DNA from: Gemmatimonadales bacterium
GTDB taxonomy: Bacteria > Gemmatimonadota > Gemmatimonadetes > Gemmatimonadales > GWC2-71-9
NCBI GenBank assembly: GCA_025937755.1
Contig: JAICQR010000003.1
Span: 1-58,151 of the forward strand
Length of the DNA: 58,151 bases
Direction: 5' to 3'
This document shows, piece by piece, positions 47,677 through 56,487 of this stretch (positions are counted from its first letter, which is position 1; the number at the start of each line of letters is the position of its first letter). Below the pieces are notes generated by a model. It did not search any database, was not told the DNA's origin, and saw only the letters and a program-made list of their open reading frames with translations. A program made the translations under genes and the position numbers.

Positions 47677-48629
47677 GCACCACCGCCGCCGATCAGCTGC
47701 GCCGGCTGCTCCTGCTGCTGCCTGCACTGGCCGACGACCAGGAACATTCGATCGCCCAGGTGGCGGAACAACTGGGCGTCGATCGGAAGACCTTGATGGC
47801 GGACCTGCAGGCGCTGGCCAACCGCACCGACGTGCCGGGCGGTTTCGTCGAGGGGGTTTCCATCACCATTGATGGTGAGAACCTCTCGGTCTTCAGCAGC
47901 CAGTTCCGCCGTCCGATGCGGCTCACCGTGGGCGAGCTGGCCGCGCTGGACCTGGGGCTCGCAATGCTGCGCGCGGAGCGGACGCCCGATGAGCATGCCG
48001 TGATGGAGCGCGCGCGAGCCCGGCTGGGTGAAGCGCTGGCCGAGTTGCCGGGCGACGAACCCGAGCTTCGCGTTGCCGAACTGGCCGGGCACCAGGCCGG
48101 CGCGACCAGCATTCACAAGGCGCTGCGTCAGGCGGCGCATGCGCGCCATCGCATCACCATCCACTATCGCAAGGCCGCCGATCCGGAATCGTCGTCCCGC
48201 GTGATTTGCCCCTACGGCCTCATCTTTTCCTCGGGCAGCTGGTATGCGGTGGCGCATTGCGAACGTTCGGAGGGATTGAGGGTCTTCCGTCTCGACCGGA
48301 TCGAACGGGTGGAACCGGCGGAAGGCGGATTTGAACAGCCCGACGATTTCGTCTTCGACAGCGTGATACGGGACGGCCGGGTATTTCATACCGAGGATCC
48401 GGTCGAGACCGCGGCCATCCGCTACTCGCCCCGGATCGCCCGATGGATAGCCGAGCGCGAGGGCACGGCGCTGGCCGAGGACGGTTCGCTTGTCATCGAG
48501 CATCCGCTGGGAGACGACGAGTGGGTGATCCGGCATGTGCTGCAGTACGGCCCCGATGCCGAGATTCTCGGCCCGGACCGGCTCCGCGCGCGGCTGGTGG
48601 AGCTGCTCGGCGGCATGGCAATCGGGTGA
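47673..48629 (+). CDS. pafC: HTH-WYL-WCX regulator, PafC-like
   Basis: LRRLLLLLP..AEQLGV..L.ADL, RPMRLT.GE, GSWYAVAHC, FRLDRI, LQYGPDAEILGP; ATGA overlap. Confidence 0.8.
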   Translation: MSTTAADQLRRLLLLLPALADDQEHSIAQVAEQLGVDRKTLMADLQALANRTDVPGGFVEGVSITIDGENLSVFSSQFRRPMRLTVGELAALDLGLAMLRAERTPDEHAVMERARARLGEALAELPGDEPELRVAELAGHQAGATSIHKALRQAAHARHRITIHYRKAADPESSSRVICPYGLIFSSGSWYAVAHCERSEGLRVFRLDRIERVEPAEGGFEQPDDFVFDSVIRDGRVFHTEDPVETAAIRYSPRIARWIAEREGTALAEDGSLVIEHPLGDDEWVIRHVLQYGPDAEILGPDRLRARLVELLGGMAIG

Positions 48630-48650
48630 GTGGTGGCCTTACCTTGAGGC

Positions 48651-48947
48651 ATGTCCCGCGCATTCGTGAACGACGACGCCGGCGGAGAGGCGCTGCCGGA
48701 ACACCGGTATCCGCTGCCTCCCGCTGACGACCCCGAGTACCTCGTGGCGGTGGCCCGGGCGCTGCTGGCCGGCGCCGGTGCCGGCGACTCTGCCGGCGCG
48801 GAAGAGGCCACCGGCTTCGTATTTGGCGCCCCCGAACTCACGGCCCAGGTGCAGCTGATCCGGGACGACGCCATCGCGTCGGGAGATGAGCGGCTCGAGC
48901 AACTGGCCGAGCGCTTTCTGCGACGAGCTGGAGCCGGCAAGCAGTGA
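48651..48947 (+). CDS. Small hypothetical protein with MSRAFV N-terminus
   Basis: GAGG RBS; GTGA overlap with the rhomboid gene. Confidence 0.7.
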   Translation: MSRAFVNDDAGGEALPEHRYPLPPADDPEYLVAVARALLAGAGAGDSAGAEEATGFVFGAPELTAQVQLIRDDAIASGDERLEQLAERFLRRAGAGKQ

Positions 48948-49708
48948 CGCCGTGGGTTCGGCGGCTGCTCATCGCCAACGTCGCAGTATTCGCGCTGACG
49001 ATGGGGCTTCCCTATCTCGGCTATCTCCTGGCGTTCCAGCCCGTGAGCGTCCTGGCCCGGCCATGGACGGCGCTGACGTACATGTTTGTCCATGCCGGCT
49101 TCTGGCACATTCTCTTCAACATGATTTCGCTCTACTTCTTCGGTCCCCGGGTCGAGGAACGCCTTGGCAGCACGCGGTTCCTGCTGTTCTACACCATCAG
49201 CGGCCTCGGCGGCGCCGCCCTGACCTTCCTCACGCCCATGGCGACCATCGTCGGTGCGTCTGCTGCGACGTTCGGGGTCCAGCTCGCCTTCGCCCGCTAC
49301 TGGCCGCGGGTGCAGATCCTGATCTGGGGCGTGGTGCCGATCGAGGCACGGTGGCTGGTGGTGATCATGACGTTCCTGTCATTGCGCGGTGGCCTCTCCG
49401 GCGGCAGTGGCATTGCTCACTGGGCTCACCTGGGTGGCTACATCGCTGCGGGGATCTTCCTGCTGGTGATGGACCGCACCAGCTCGGCCCGCAGCTTCAA
49501 GCAGAAGGCGCGCGCACCTGTCGCTTCCCTGAGCCCCTTGGCCGACCGCGCCCAGCTGGCCCGCTGGTCGAAGATCCGGGCCGAGGACCTGCACGAGGTG
49601 AACCGGGCAGAACTGGAGCGGATTCGCGGGGTCCTGGCGACGGGCGGAGCGGGGAAGTTGAGCGAGGGGGACAGGGAGTTTCTCGAAAGATTCAGCAGGA
49701 GTAGCTGA
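48944..49708 (+). CDS. Rhomboid intramembrane serine protease
   Basis: HAGFWHILFNM, VGASA, AHWAHLGG. Confidence 0.9.
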   Translation: MTPWVRRLLIANVAVFALTMGLPYLGYLLAFQPVSVLARPWTALTYMFVHAGFWHILFNMISLYFFGPRVEERLGSTRFLLFYTISGLGGAALTFLTPMATIVGASAATFGVQLAFARYWPRVQILIWGVVPIEARWLVVIMTFLSLRGGLSGGSGIAHWAHLGGYIAAGIFLLVMDRTSSARSFKQKARAPVASLSPLADRAQLARWSKIRAEDLHEVNRAELERIRGVLATGGAGKLSEGDREFLERFSRSS

Positions 49709-49710
49709 GC

Positions 49711-49788
49711 AGTATGGAAGTGTGGAAGTCTTGGGCAGTATTGTGCACCACACTGCCCAATACTCTCACACTACCATACTCTCATACT
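49711..49788. repeat. Inverted octamer arrays / hairpin between convergent genes
   Basis: AGTATGGA-AGTGTGGA facing CTCACACT-ACCATACT-CTCATACT; core stem TTGGGCAGT/ACTGCCCAA. Confidence 0.7.
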
Positions 49789-50393
49789 TCAAATCCGCAC
49801 TGCGGCCTCTCCCCATACTGGCAGCACTGCTTCACCGGAGCATCGAGTGCCGCTGACAGGAACGCGCGCAGCGCCGAGCAGACCTCGGGCCGGCGGCGAA
49901 CTGCGGTGGCGAGCGGGCAGAGCGCGCCTTCGATCCGGATGGTGTCGCCGTCGAGTTCGACCGTCGCTGCCGCGCCCAGCTGGTCCAGCAGCTCTGCGGT
50001 GAGTACCCGCAGCGACTCACGGTCGTGCGGTGCGGCCGGCGCCGACGGCGCCAGGCGATGCCCGGTCCGCTCCATCAGCGCGACCAGTTCATCCTCCGGG
50101 AACCGATCCGCCAACTCTTCCACCAGGGCAGCCAGCACCGGCGCGTAGGCGCGGGAGAATCTGTCGGCCGCATCGTCCGGCACGCGATACAGGGTCGCGG
50201 GCTTGCCGGCACCCGGCAGCCGCCGAATCCCGGTTGCCTCGGCGAAGCCGTCTCGCTGGAGCTGGGTCAGTTGCTGGCGAACGGCGTTGCCCGACACGCC
50301 CAATTCGGCCGCCAGTTCGTCCACCGTATGCTCCCGGCGGCGCAGCATCGCGACGATTCGTGCCCGGCTCCCTGAAGTCGGCTGCTCAATCAT
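49782..50393 (-). CDS. HTH regulator with C-terminal Cys-rich domain (SufR-like)
   Basis: TVDELAAELGVSGNAVRQQL, GKPA..Y, CPL..VC..CC..C. Confidence 0.8.
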   Translation of the reverse strand: MIEQPTSGSRARIVAMLRRREHTVDELAAELGVSGNAVRQQLTQLQRDGFAEATGIRRLPGAGKPATLYRVPDDAADRFSRAYAPVLAALVEELADRFPEDELVALMERTGHRLAPSAPAAPHDRESLRVLTAELLDQLGAAATVELDGDTIRIEGALCPLATAVRRRPEVCSALRAFLSAALDAPVKQCCQYGERPQCGFEV

Positions 50394-50444
50394 GGCCCGA
50401 ATTTGCCTGAATCAAGGCTCAAACGCAATATGTGAAGGAATTAC

Positions 50445-50473
50445 TTGACAAATTGACCCTCTGGGCGCATCAT
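50445..50473 (+). promoter_or_regulatory. Sigma70-like promoter candidate
   Basis: TTGACA-N17-CATCAT upstream of the DUF4142 gene. Confidence 0.4.
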
Positions 50474-50545
50474 AGGTGATGCCGGCCGCATCTCCTTGCG
50501 GTACTGCGGCGTAACTCTTCACCTCACACCGTCCTGGAGTCACCC

Positions 50546-51136
50546 ATGCGCTCGCTCAGCTTGCCATCCCTCCTGCTCGCAGCCGGTTCCGCGCTGCTGC
50601 TCACGACCGCCTGTTCCCGGCCCGATTCGGCGGAGCAGCAGGAAACCAGTGCAGCTACCGCCCCGCCGCCTGCCGCCGCACCGGCACCCGAACTGGACGA
50701 TCCGACCATCGTCGCGATCTTCGACGCCGCCAATACCTACGACATCGAGACCGGCGGGCTCGCCGCCGAGAAGTCCACCAATCCCGAAGTGAAGGCGATG
50801 GGCGAGAACTTCGTCGCCGCCCATACCCAGGTGCGCCAGAAGGGCCGGGAACTCGCCGCCAAGCTGGGCGTGACCCCGACTGCCCCGGCCGAGAATCCGT
50901 TGGGCGACGCCCATGTGGCCGCCATGGCTACGCTGAAGTCGTTGAGCGGGGCCGAGTTCGACCGGGCGTGGCTGGATCACGAGATCGCATTCCATCAGGC
51001 CGTTATTGATGCGGTGAACACCACCCTGCTGCCGGCGCTCGATAATGAGGAAGTGAAGGCGCTGGTCGAGTCGGTGGCGCCGGCGTTCGTGGCGCACATG
51101 GAAGGCGCCAAGGCGCTTCGGGCCAAGCTCCAGTAA
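50546..51136 (+). CDS. DUF4142 family lipoprotein
   Basis: TTAC lipobox; AN..DIE.G.LA, LSGAEFDRAW..HEI.FH. Confidence 0.8.
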   Translation: MRSLSLPSLLLAAGSALLLTTACSRPDSAEQQETSAATAPPPAAAPAPELDDPTIVAIFDAANTYDIETGGLAAEKSTNPEVKAMGENFVAAHTQVRQKGRELAAKLGVTPTAPAENPLGDAHVAAMATLKSLSGAEFDRAWLDHEIAFHQAVIDAVNTTLLPALDNEEVKALVESVAPAFVAHMEGAKALRAKLQ

Positions 51137-51146
51137 GTTCAAGTTC

Positions 51147-52667
51147 ATGAGCGAGAACACGGAACTGCGTGGCCCTGATCTCCAAGTTGGGGTCAGGGAA
51201 TCGGAGCTGGCGGACGGCGCGATGCTGCTGGGACACGCGCATGGCGAGCCGGTGCTGATCGCCCGGGTGGGCGATGCAGTCCACGCCATCGGCGCCACCT
51301 GCACCCACTGGAGCGGTCCGCTGTCGGAAGGGCTGCTGGTGGATGGCCAGGTGCGCTGTCCCTGGCACCACGCCTGCTTCGATCTCGCCACCGGCGAGGC
51401 AGTCCATGCACCAGCGCTCAAGCCGGTGCCGTGTTTCGTCGTCCGAAGGAAGGATGGAAGGATTTCGGTGGGCGACCGGCTGGAAATTCCGGCCGCCCAG
51501 CCGCCCGATGTCCCCACCCCCGAGCGCATCGTCATCGTGGGTGCGGGTGCTGCCGGCAATGCCGCGGCGGAGATGCTGCGTCGGGCCGGCTTCCAGGGCC
51601 GGGTCACCATGATCGGAATGGAATCGGACCTGCCGTACGACCGGCCCAACCTTTCCAAGGACTACCTGGCCGGCAATGCCCAGGAAGAATGGATCCCGCT
51701 CCGGTCGCGCGAGTTCTACGCCGAGCAGGCCATCGATGTCATCCTCGATGCCACGGCGGTGGCCATCGATGCCGCCGCGCATGAAGTGAAACTGCACGAC
51801 GATCGCAGCGTTCCGTACGACCGGCTGCTGCTGGCCACCGGCGCCGAGCCGGTACGTCTGACCATTCCCGGTGCGGACCTGGCGCACGTGCATCTGCTCA
51901 GGTCGTTCACCGACAGCAAGGCGATCATCGCAGCCGCAGTCTCGGCGAAGCAGGTGGTGGTGGTTGGTGCCAGCTTCATCGGGCTGGAAGTTGCGGCGTC
52001 GCTCCGGGCCCGGGGCCTCGCCGTGGCGGTGGTCGCCCCCGACAAGATCCCATTCGAGAAGGTGCTCGGCGCGGACGTGGGGCAGTGGGTGCGGAGCGTG
52101 CACGAGGAGCACGGCGTCGAGTTCCATCTTGGGCAGGGTGTCGAGTCGATTGCAGACGACAGCGTGACACTCACCGACGGCACGCGGCTGCCGGCGGATT
52201 TGGTGGTGCTCGGGGTGGGTGTGCGGCCGAGGCTGGCGCTGGCGGAGAGCGCGGGCCTCAGGATGGAGAAGGGCGTGGTGGTGGACAGCGAGATGTGGAC
52301 GTCGCACGCGGACATCTTCGCGGCGGGGGACATAGCCCGCTTTCCCGAGGCCCGCTCAGGCGAGATGGTGCGGATCGAGCACTGGGTGGTGGCGGAGCGT
52401 CAAGGGCAGACCGCCGCACGCAACATGCTCGACGCGGGGGAGCAGTTCGACAGCGTGCCGTTCTTCTGGAGTTCGCACTACGACACGTCAGTCACCTATG
52501 TGGGGCATGCGCCGAGCTGGGATGAGGCGGTGCTCGATGGCGACCTCGCTGCGCGCGACGCGACCATCACCTACAAGCGCGCCGGGAAGACGCTCGCTGT
52601 TGCCACTATCGGCCGCGACCTCGCGGCGCTGCGGGCTGAGGTCGAGATGGAACGGGCATCGAATTGA
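51147..52667 (+). CDS. Rieske [2Fe-2S] plus FAD/NAD oxidoreductase fusion (AIFM3-like)
   Basis: CTH..CPWH; GAGAAG, PYDRPNLSK, GASFIGLE, AAGDIA, VPFFWS. Confidence 0.9.
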   Translation: MSENTELRGPDLQVGVRESELADGAMLLGHAHGEPVLIARVGDAVHAIGATCTHWSGPLSEGLLVDGQVRCPWHHACFDLATGEAVHAPALKPVPCFVVRRKDGRISVGDRLEIPAAQPPDVPTPERIVIVGAGAAGNAAAEMLRRAGFQGRVTMIGMESDLPYDRPNLSKDYLAGNAQEEWIPLRSREFYAEQAIDVILDATAVAIDAAAHEVKLHDDRSVPYDRLLLATGAEPVRLTIPGADLAHVHLLRSFTDSKAIIAAAVSAKQVVVVGASFIGLEVAASLRARGLAVAVVAPDKIPFEKVLGADVGQWVRSVHEEHGVEFHLGQGVESIADDSVTLTDGTRLPADLVVLGVGVRPRLALAESAGLRMEKGVVVDSEMWTSHADIFAAGDIARFPEARSGEMVRIEHWVVAERQGQTAARNMLDAGEQFDSVPFFWSSHYDTSVTYVGHAPSWDEAVLDGDLAARDATITYKRAGKTLAVATIGRDLAALRAEVEMERASN

Positions 52668-52683
52668 TTAAGCCCCCAGCAGC

Positions 52684-53838
52684 TCAGTCGAGCTCGGGCG
52701 CTGGAGGAGTGAGCGAGCCGAGCGGTCCCATCGGGCCCATCTCGACCGGCTTCGGTGCGTTCGCGTCCAGCGGGGGCGGCGGCCAGACGGTCTTTCGCTC
52801 CATCGCCATTTCCAGGATCCGCGCCATCGTTCCGGGAAACGTCAGCCCCACCTCCTCGGCGCTCTCCATGAACGACACACCCTCGGTGAGGTCGGGAGTG
52901 GGATTTATCTCGAGGACGTAGGGCTCGTCCTTCTTTGACACCCGCACATCCAGCCGGGCATAGTCCCGGCACCCCACCGCGTGCCACGCACCGAGACAGG
53001 CCTTGGCCAGCCGGCGCTGGAGGGTGCGACTCATCGGGGCGGGGCAGCGGGTGATCACCCGATGGAACACCTCCGCCAGTGGATTCCACTTGGCGGCGTA
53101 GCTGATGATGGCGGGCTCGCCCTCGGGCAGCTCGGAAAAATCGTACTCCAGCGGCGGCAGCATCTCGGGCGGATCATTGCCCAACATTGCCACATGGAGT
53201 TCGCGCCCCTCGATGAACTCCTCGACCAGCACCGGCCCGCCAAACTCGTGCAGCATGTGCTCCAGCCGCACCAGCAGCGCCGGCCGGTCCGCGACCACCG
53301 AGCCGGCGTCGAGTCCCGCGCTGGCGTCCTCGCGAGCCGGCTTCACGATCAATGGATACTTGAGCCCGTGACGGAGTGAGACCTTGGGTTCCCACAGGCT
53401 GAGGAATTTGGGTGTGGGCACCCCGTGCGACTGGAGGATTCGCTTGGTGAGACCCTTGCGGCGGCAGATCGACAGCGACAGCGGCGTCGCACCGGTGTAG
53501 GGCACGCCGTAGAGGTCGAGGAAGGCGGGAATTGCCGACTCGAACTCGGGCTCGTCCCTGAACGACTCGACCAGGTTGAACACCACGTCCGGCCGGTTCC
53601 GCTTTACTACCCGCTCCAGCACCTTGAGATCGTCCTTGAGGTTGACCGAGCGGACCTTCCAGCCCTCGCCCCGGAGTGCCGTGACAATGGCCTGGTACTC
53701 CTCGGAGACGGTCGAGACCGCGATGTCGTATTCCGGCTCGAAGCCAAGCGTGGTGGGATCGACGTGCTTCAGCTCGTCATACCCCTCCTCGCTCAGTGCG
53801 TTGAACAGCACCACCACCGAGCCGGGACTTTTCGCCAC
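52684..53838 (-). CDS. D-Ala-D-Ala ligase-like ATP-grasp enzyme
   Basis: VFNLVE, PYTG, IVKPAREDAS, VEEFIEGRE, RDYARLD.R, LEINPTP; GTG start with GGAGG. Confidence 0.85.
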   Translation of the reverse strand: MAKSPGSVVVLFNALSEEGYDELKHVDPTTLGFEPEYDIAVSTVSEEYQAIVTALRGEGWKVRSVNLKDDLKVLERVVKRNRPDVVFNLVESFRDEPEFESAIPAFLDLYGVPYTGATPLSLSICRRKGLTKRILQSHGVPTPKFLSLWEPKVSLRHGLKYPLIVKPAREDASAGLDAGSVVADRPALLVRLEHMLHEFGGPVLVEEFIEGRELHVAMLGNDPPEMLPPLEYDFSELPEGEPAIISYAAKWNPLAEVFHRVITRCPAPMSRTLQRRLAKACLGAWHAVGCRDYARLDVRVSKKDEPYVLEINPTPDLTEGVSFMESAEEVGLTFPGTMARILEMAMERKTVWPPPPLDANAPKPVEMGPMGPLGSLTPPAPELD

Positions 53839-53884
53839 TGGTCGCCCTCCGGTGTAGTTTCCGTCGACTCTCTCCCGGTATGCG

Positions 53885-54766
53885 ATGGGAATATATCCCC
53901 AGCCCAATCTTTGGCAGTGCGGCCCCTTCGCGCTCAAGCATGCGCTGGTTGCCCTGGGCATCCTCAAGGATGAGCGCGACATCAGTCGCGTGGCGGGCAC
54001 CCACTGGTGGCACGGCACCGACGAGATCCAGCTGGGGCGGGCGGCCCGGAAGTACGGGTGCGACCTGCTGCTGGTGCGCCGCTACGACGCGGACCGGGCC
54101 AAGCGAGCCCTGGCGGCGTACCTCAAGCGGGGCGTCCCGGTGCTGCTCTGCGTGGAGGAGTGGAGCCACTGGCTCACGGTAGTCAAGTACGACAGCAGCC
54201 GATTCATCCTGCTGGACAGCCGGGTCCCGACCGTGGTGGACATCGCCACCTGGCCCCAGCTCAAGCGCCGCTGGGTGTTCCACGAAGAGGATGAACTGGA
54301 GGACGGCGACGTCCGGACGCTCTATGATCTCCACCCGGTGGTTCCCCGGTTCCGGCCCACCAGCAAGGCCCAGTTCTCCCTGGCCCGGGCCCGCGCCCTC
54401 CGCAAGAACCGCCGCCTGGCCGAGCGCTGGGACGACTATCTCGGCGATCTCCTGGCCATCTGCCGGCCTCGCACGTCGCGGATCTCCAAGGCGATCTCGC
54501 TGGGCGAATTCATCCGTCGCCACGGCGCGATGATGCTGGAGTCGATCGACTACTGGCACGGCTCGGTCGAAGTCCGCTCGGTGCGACAAATCCTGAACAA
54601 TTTGCATTTCGTGGCCGACACTTACGGCCTGATCATCCATGAGGACGACGAAAAGCGCGCCATTGCCAGCATCACGGCACTGCTGACGTTGTGGACCGCC
54701 GCGGAGTTCGGGGTGCGGCAGGTGTACGGGCCGCGGGAAGTCAAGAAGCGGAGGAAGCGGCGATAG
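53885..54766 (+). CDS. Peptidase C39-like (papain-fold) domain protein with unknown C-terminus
   Basis: QPNLWQCGPFAL (Q..C), SHWLTV (H), ILLDS (D); no TM or ABC domain. Confidence 0.7.
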   Translation: MGIYPQPNLWQCGPFALKHALVALGILKDERDISRVAGTHWWHGTDEIQLGRAARKYGCDLLLVRRYDADRAKRALAAYLKRGVPVLLCVEEWSHWLTVVKYDSSRFILLDSRVPTVVDIATWPQLKRRWVFHEEDELEDGDVRTLYDLHPVVPRFRPTSKAQFSLARARALRKNRRLAERWDDYLGDLLAICRPRTSRISKAISLGEFIRRHGAMMLESIDYWHGSVEVRSVRQILNNLHFVADTYGLIIHEDDEKRAIASITALLTLWTAAEFGVRQVYGPREVKKRRKRR

Positions 54767-54767
54767 A

Positions 54768-54799
54768 TAGACGGCTAGACGGCTAGACGGATAGGCGGA
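54768..54799. repeat. Octamer repeat (TAGACGGC-like)x4
   Basis: Directly after the stop; reverse complement of the GCCGTCTA unit at about 6640. Confidence 0.8.
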
Positions 54800-54869
54800 T
54801 ACGCCGGTTCTGCGACCCTCGCCGGCACCCCGGCATCAATCTCCAGGAACCTTCAACCTGGAGTCCCCC

Positions 54870-55745
54870 ATGTACCGCTGGACCGGCGCCGTGCTGGCGC
54901 TCATCGCCCTTCTCCCCGCGACCGTCCTGGCCCAGGACGCGGACAAGGACCGCAAGGAGCCGCTGCGGACGTACGCATTCGCTGTTAACCAGGGCGCCCG
55001 CCTCGGGCTCAGCCTCAACCTCAATGCGGCCGAAGAGACCAGGGGCCAGGGTGCCCTGGTCATGGACGTCACCGAAGGCAGCGGCGCTGACGACGCCGGC
55101 CTCCGCGCTGGCGACATCATCACCCGCTACAATGGCACGTCACTGGGCGGCGACAACCCGGCCCAGAAGCTGGTCGAGCTGGCGAGCGACCTCTCCGAGG
55201 GCGACAGCGTGAAGCTGGAGTACCGACGCGACGGCAAGAGCAGCACCGTGACGGTGGAAGCCCGGGAACTGGAAAATCAGTACTCATTCAACTCGCCCGC
55301 CATGATGGGAGCGCTGCGGCGCGCCATGCCGGCGATCGAGCTGGACAACGGCGCCTTCAGCTTCTTCTCGCGCGGCGCGCTGATGGGTGTCGAGCTGGCC
55401 GAAATGAACAGTGGTCTGTCGGAATACTTCGGCACGGCGGAAGGGTTGCTGGTGCTGTCGGTGGATGAGGACGCGACGATTCCGCTGCAGGCAGGCGACG
55501 TGATTCTCTCGCTCGACGGGCGCACTCCCCGCGATGAGGGGCACGCCATGCGGATTCTCGGCTCCTATGCGCCGGGTGAGACCGTGAAGTTCGAGGTACA
55601 GCGGAAGCGGCAGCGGCAGACGATCGACTGGACTGTGCCCGAGCGGGACAAGGTCGAAGTCCGTGAGGGCCGGTGGATCAGCCCGAGCGCACCAGCAACG
55701 AGATCAGGGTCGCCAGCAGTGCGAGTATTACCACGATCTCTATGA
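54870..55745 (+). CDS. Secreted protein with two PDZ domains
   Basis: Signal peptide; RLGL..GS.A..AGLRAGDII; MGVEL..LQAGDVILSLDG. Confidence 0.8.
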   Translation: MYRWTGAVLALIALLPATVLAQDADKDRKEPLRTYAFAVNQGARLGLSLNLNAAEETRGQGALVMDVTEGSGADDAGLRAGDIITRYNGTSLGGDNPAQKLVELASDLSEGDSVKLEYRRDGKSSTVTVEARELENQYSFNSPAMMGALRRAMPAIELDNGAFSFFSRGALMGVELAEMNSGLSEYFGTAEGLLVLSVDEDATIPLQAGDVILSLDGRTPRDEGHAMRILGSYAPGETVKFEVQRKRQRQTIDWTVPERDKVEVREGRWISPSAPATRSGSPAVRVLPRSL

Positions 55746-55778
55746 ACGCTGGCCCTCGCCGGCCCCGCGGACTCATGG

Positions 55779-56090
55779 TCAGGAGCCGGTGAGCGAAGTG
55801 TAGAACCTGCGCGCGGCGGTGTCGGCCGCGATGCGATACATCAGCGCCTCGAACTGCTCGATGGAAAGGCCCGCCTCGGCGAGGATGGAATCCGCCATGG
55901 CGGGTTTTTCCTTGAGGGCCAGCGCCACGGCGGCTGCAGGCGCCACCAGGGCCATGGTCGAGTCCACGACTTCCGGTGTCCTTGCCGTGGCGGACGCGGC
56001 TGAATCCGCTGCCCCCGCCCGCGAATCGTCGCCGCCGCATGCGGCCAACAGGAGCGCGGTCAGCAACAGGCTTCCGTGGCGTCCGGTCAT
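55779..56090 (-). CDS. Small lipoprotein
   Basis: LLAAC lipobox; ATGA overlap. Confidence 0.7.
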   Translation of the reverse strand: MTGRHGSLLLTALLLAACGGDDSRAGAADSAASATARTPEVVDSTMALVAPAAAVALALKEKPAMADSILAEAGLSIEQFEALMYRIAADTAARRFYTSLTGS

Positions 56091-56479
56091 CGGGGATTCT
56101 CCCGACTCGCCTTGCGCCGGTCGTGTTCTTGCCGAATGGCGCCGGCGAGCGCCTGGCCCCGCTTGCCGTCGGCCAGTTGCTGCTGAACAAATTCTCCAAA
56201 GTTCTGCATCGGTTCCGGCTGGGCCCGCTCGATGTCGAGCGTGGTCACGGCATCGGTGGCGGGCACGGCATGGGTGCGGAACGTTTCCAGCGCGCGGTTG
56301 AGCTCACTGAGCGGAACGCCCCGCTGCTCCAGCTCGGCCGCTGCGGCCGGAATGCGAAGTGCGGCCTGTGCCCGGGCGCCAACTGTGGGTTGATCGGTTT
56401 GCGGCAACAGCGCCAAGGCTGCCAGCAGCATGGTCGGTCGGATCACATGAGCTCCATCGGGATTGCACCGAAGATACAC
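56087..56479 (-). CDS. Hypothetical exported protein (start uncertain)
   Basis: Co-oriented and coupled to the lipoprotein gene; hydrophobic N-terminus. Confidence 0.6.
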   Translation of the reverse strand: MYLRCNPDGAHVIRPTMLLAALALLPQTDQPTVGARAQAALRIPAAAAELEQRGVPLSELNRALETFRTHAVPATDAVTTLDIERAQPEPMQNFGEFVQQQLADGKRGQALAGAIRQEHDRRKASRENPR

Positions 56480-56487
56480 ACGAAAAG

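Noticed and set aside
40350-48629. Anti-phage defence island (helicase + nuclease + WYL)
   Set aside because: Not excluded, but the AddAB architecture, PafB/PafC-type pair, host-like composition and PafBC-like promoter favour DNA repair
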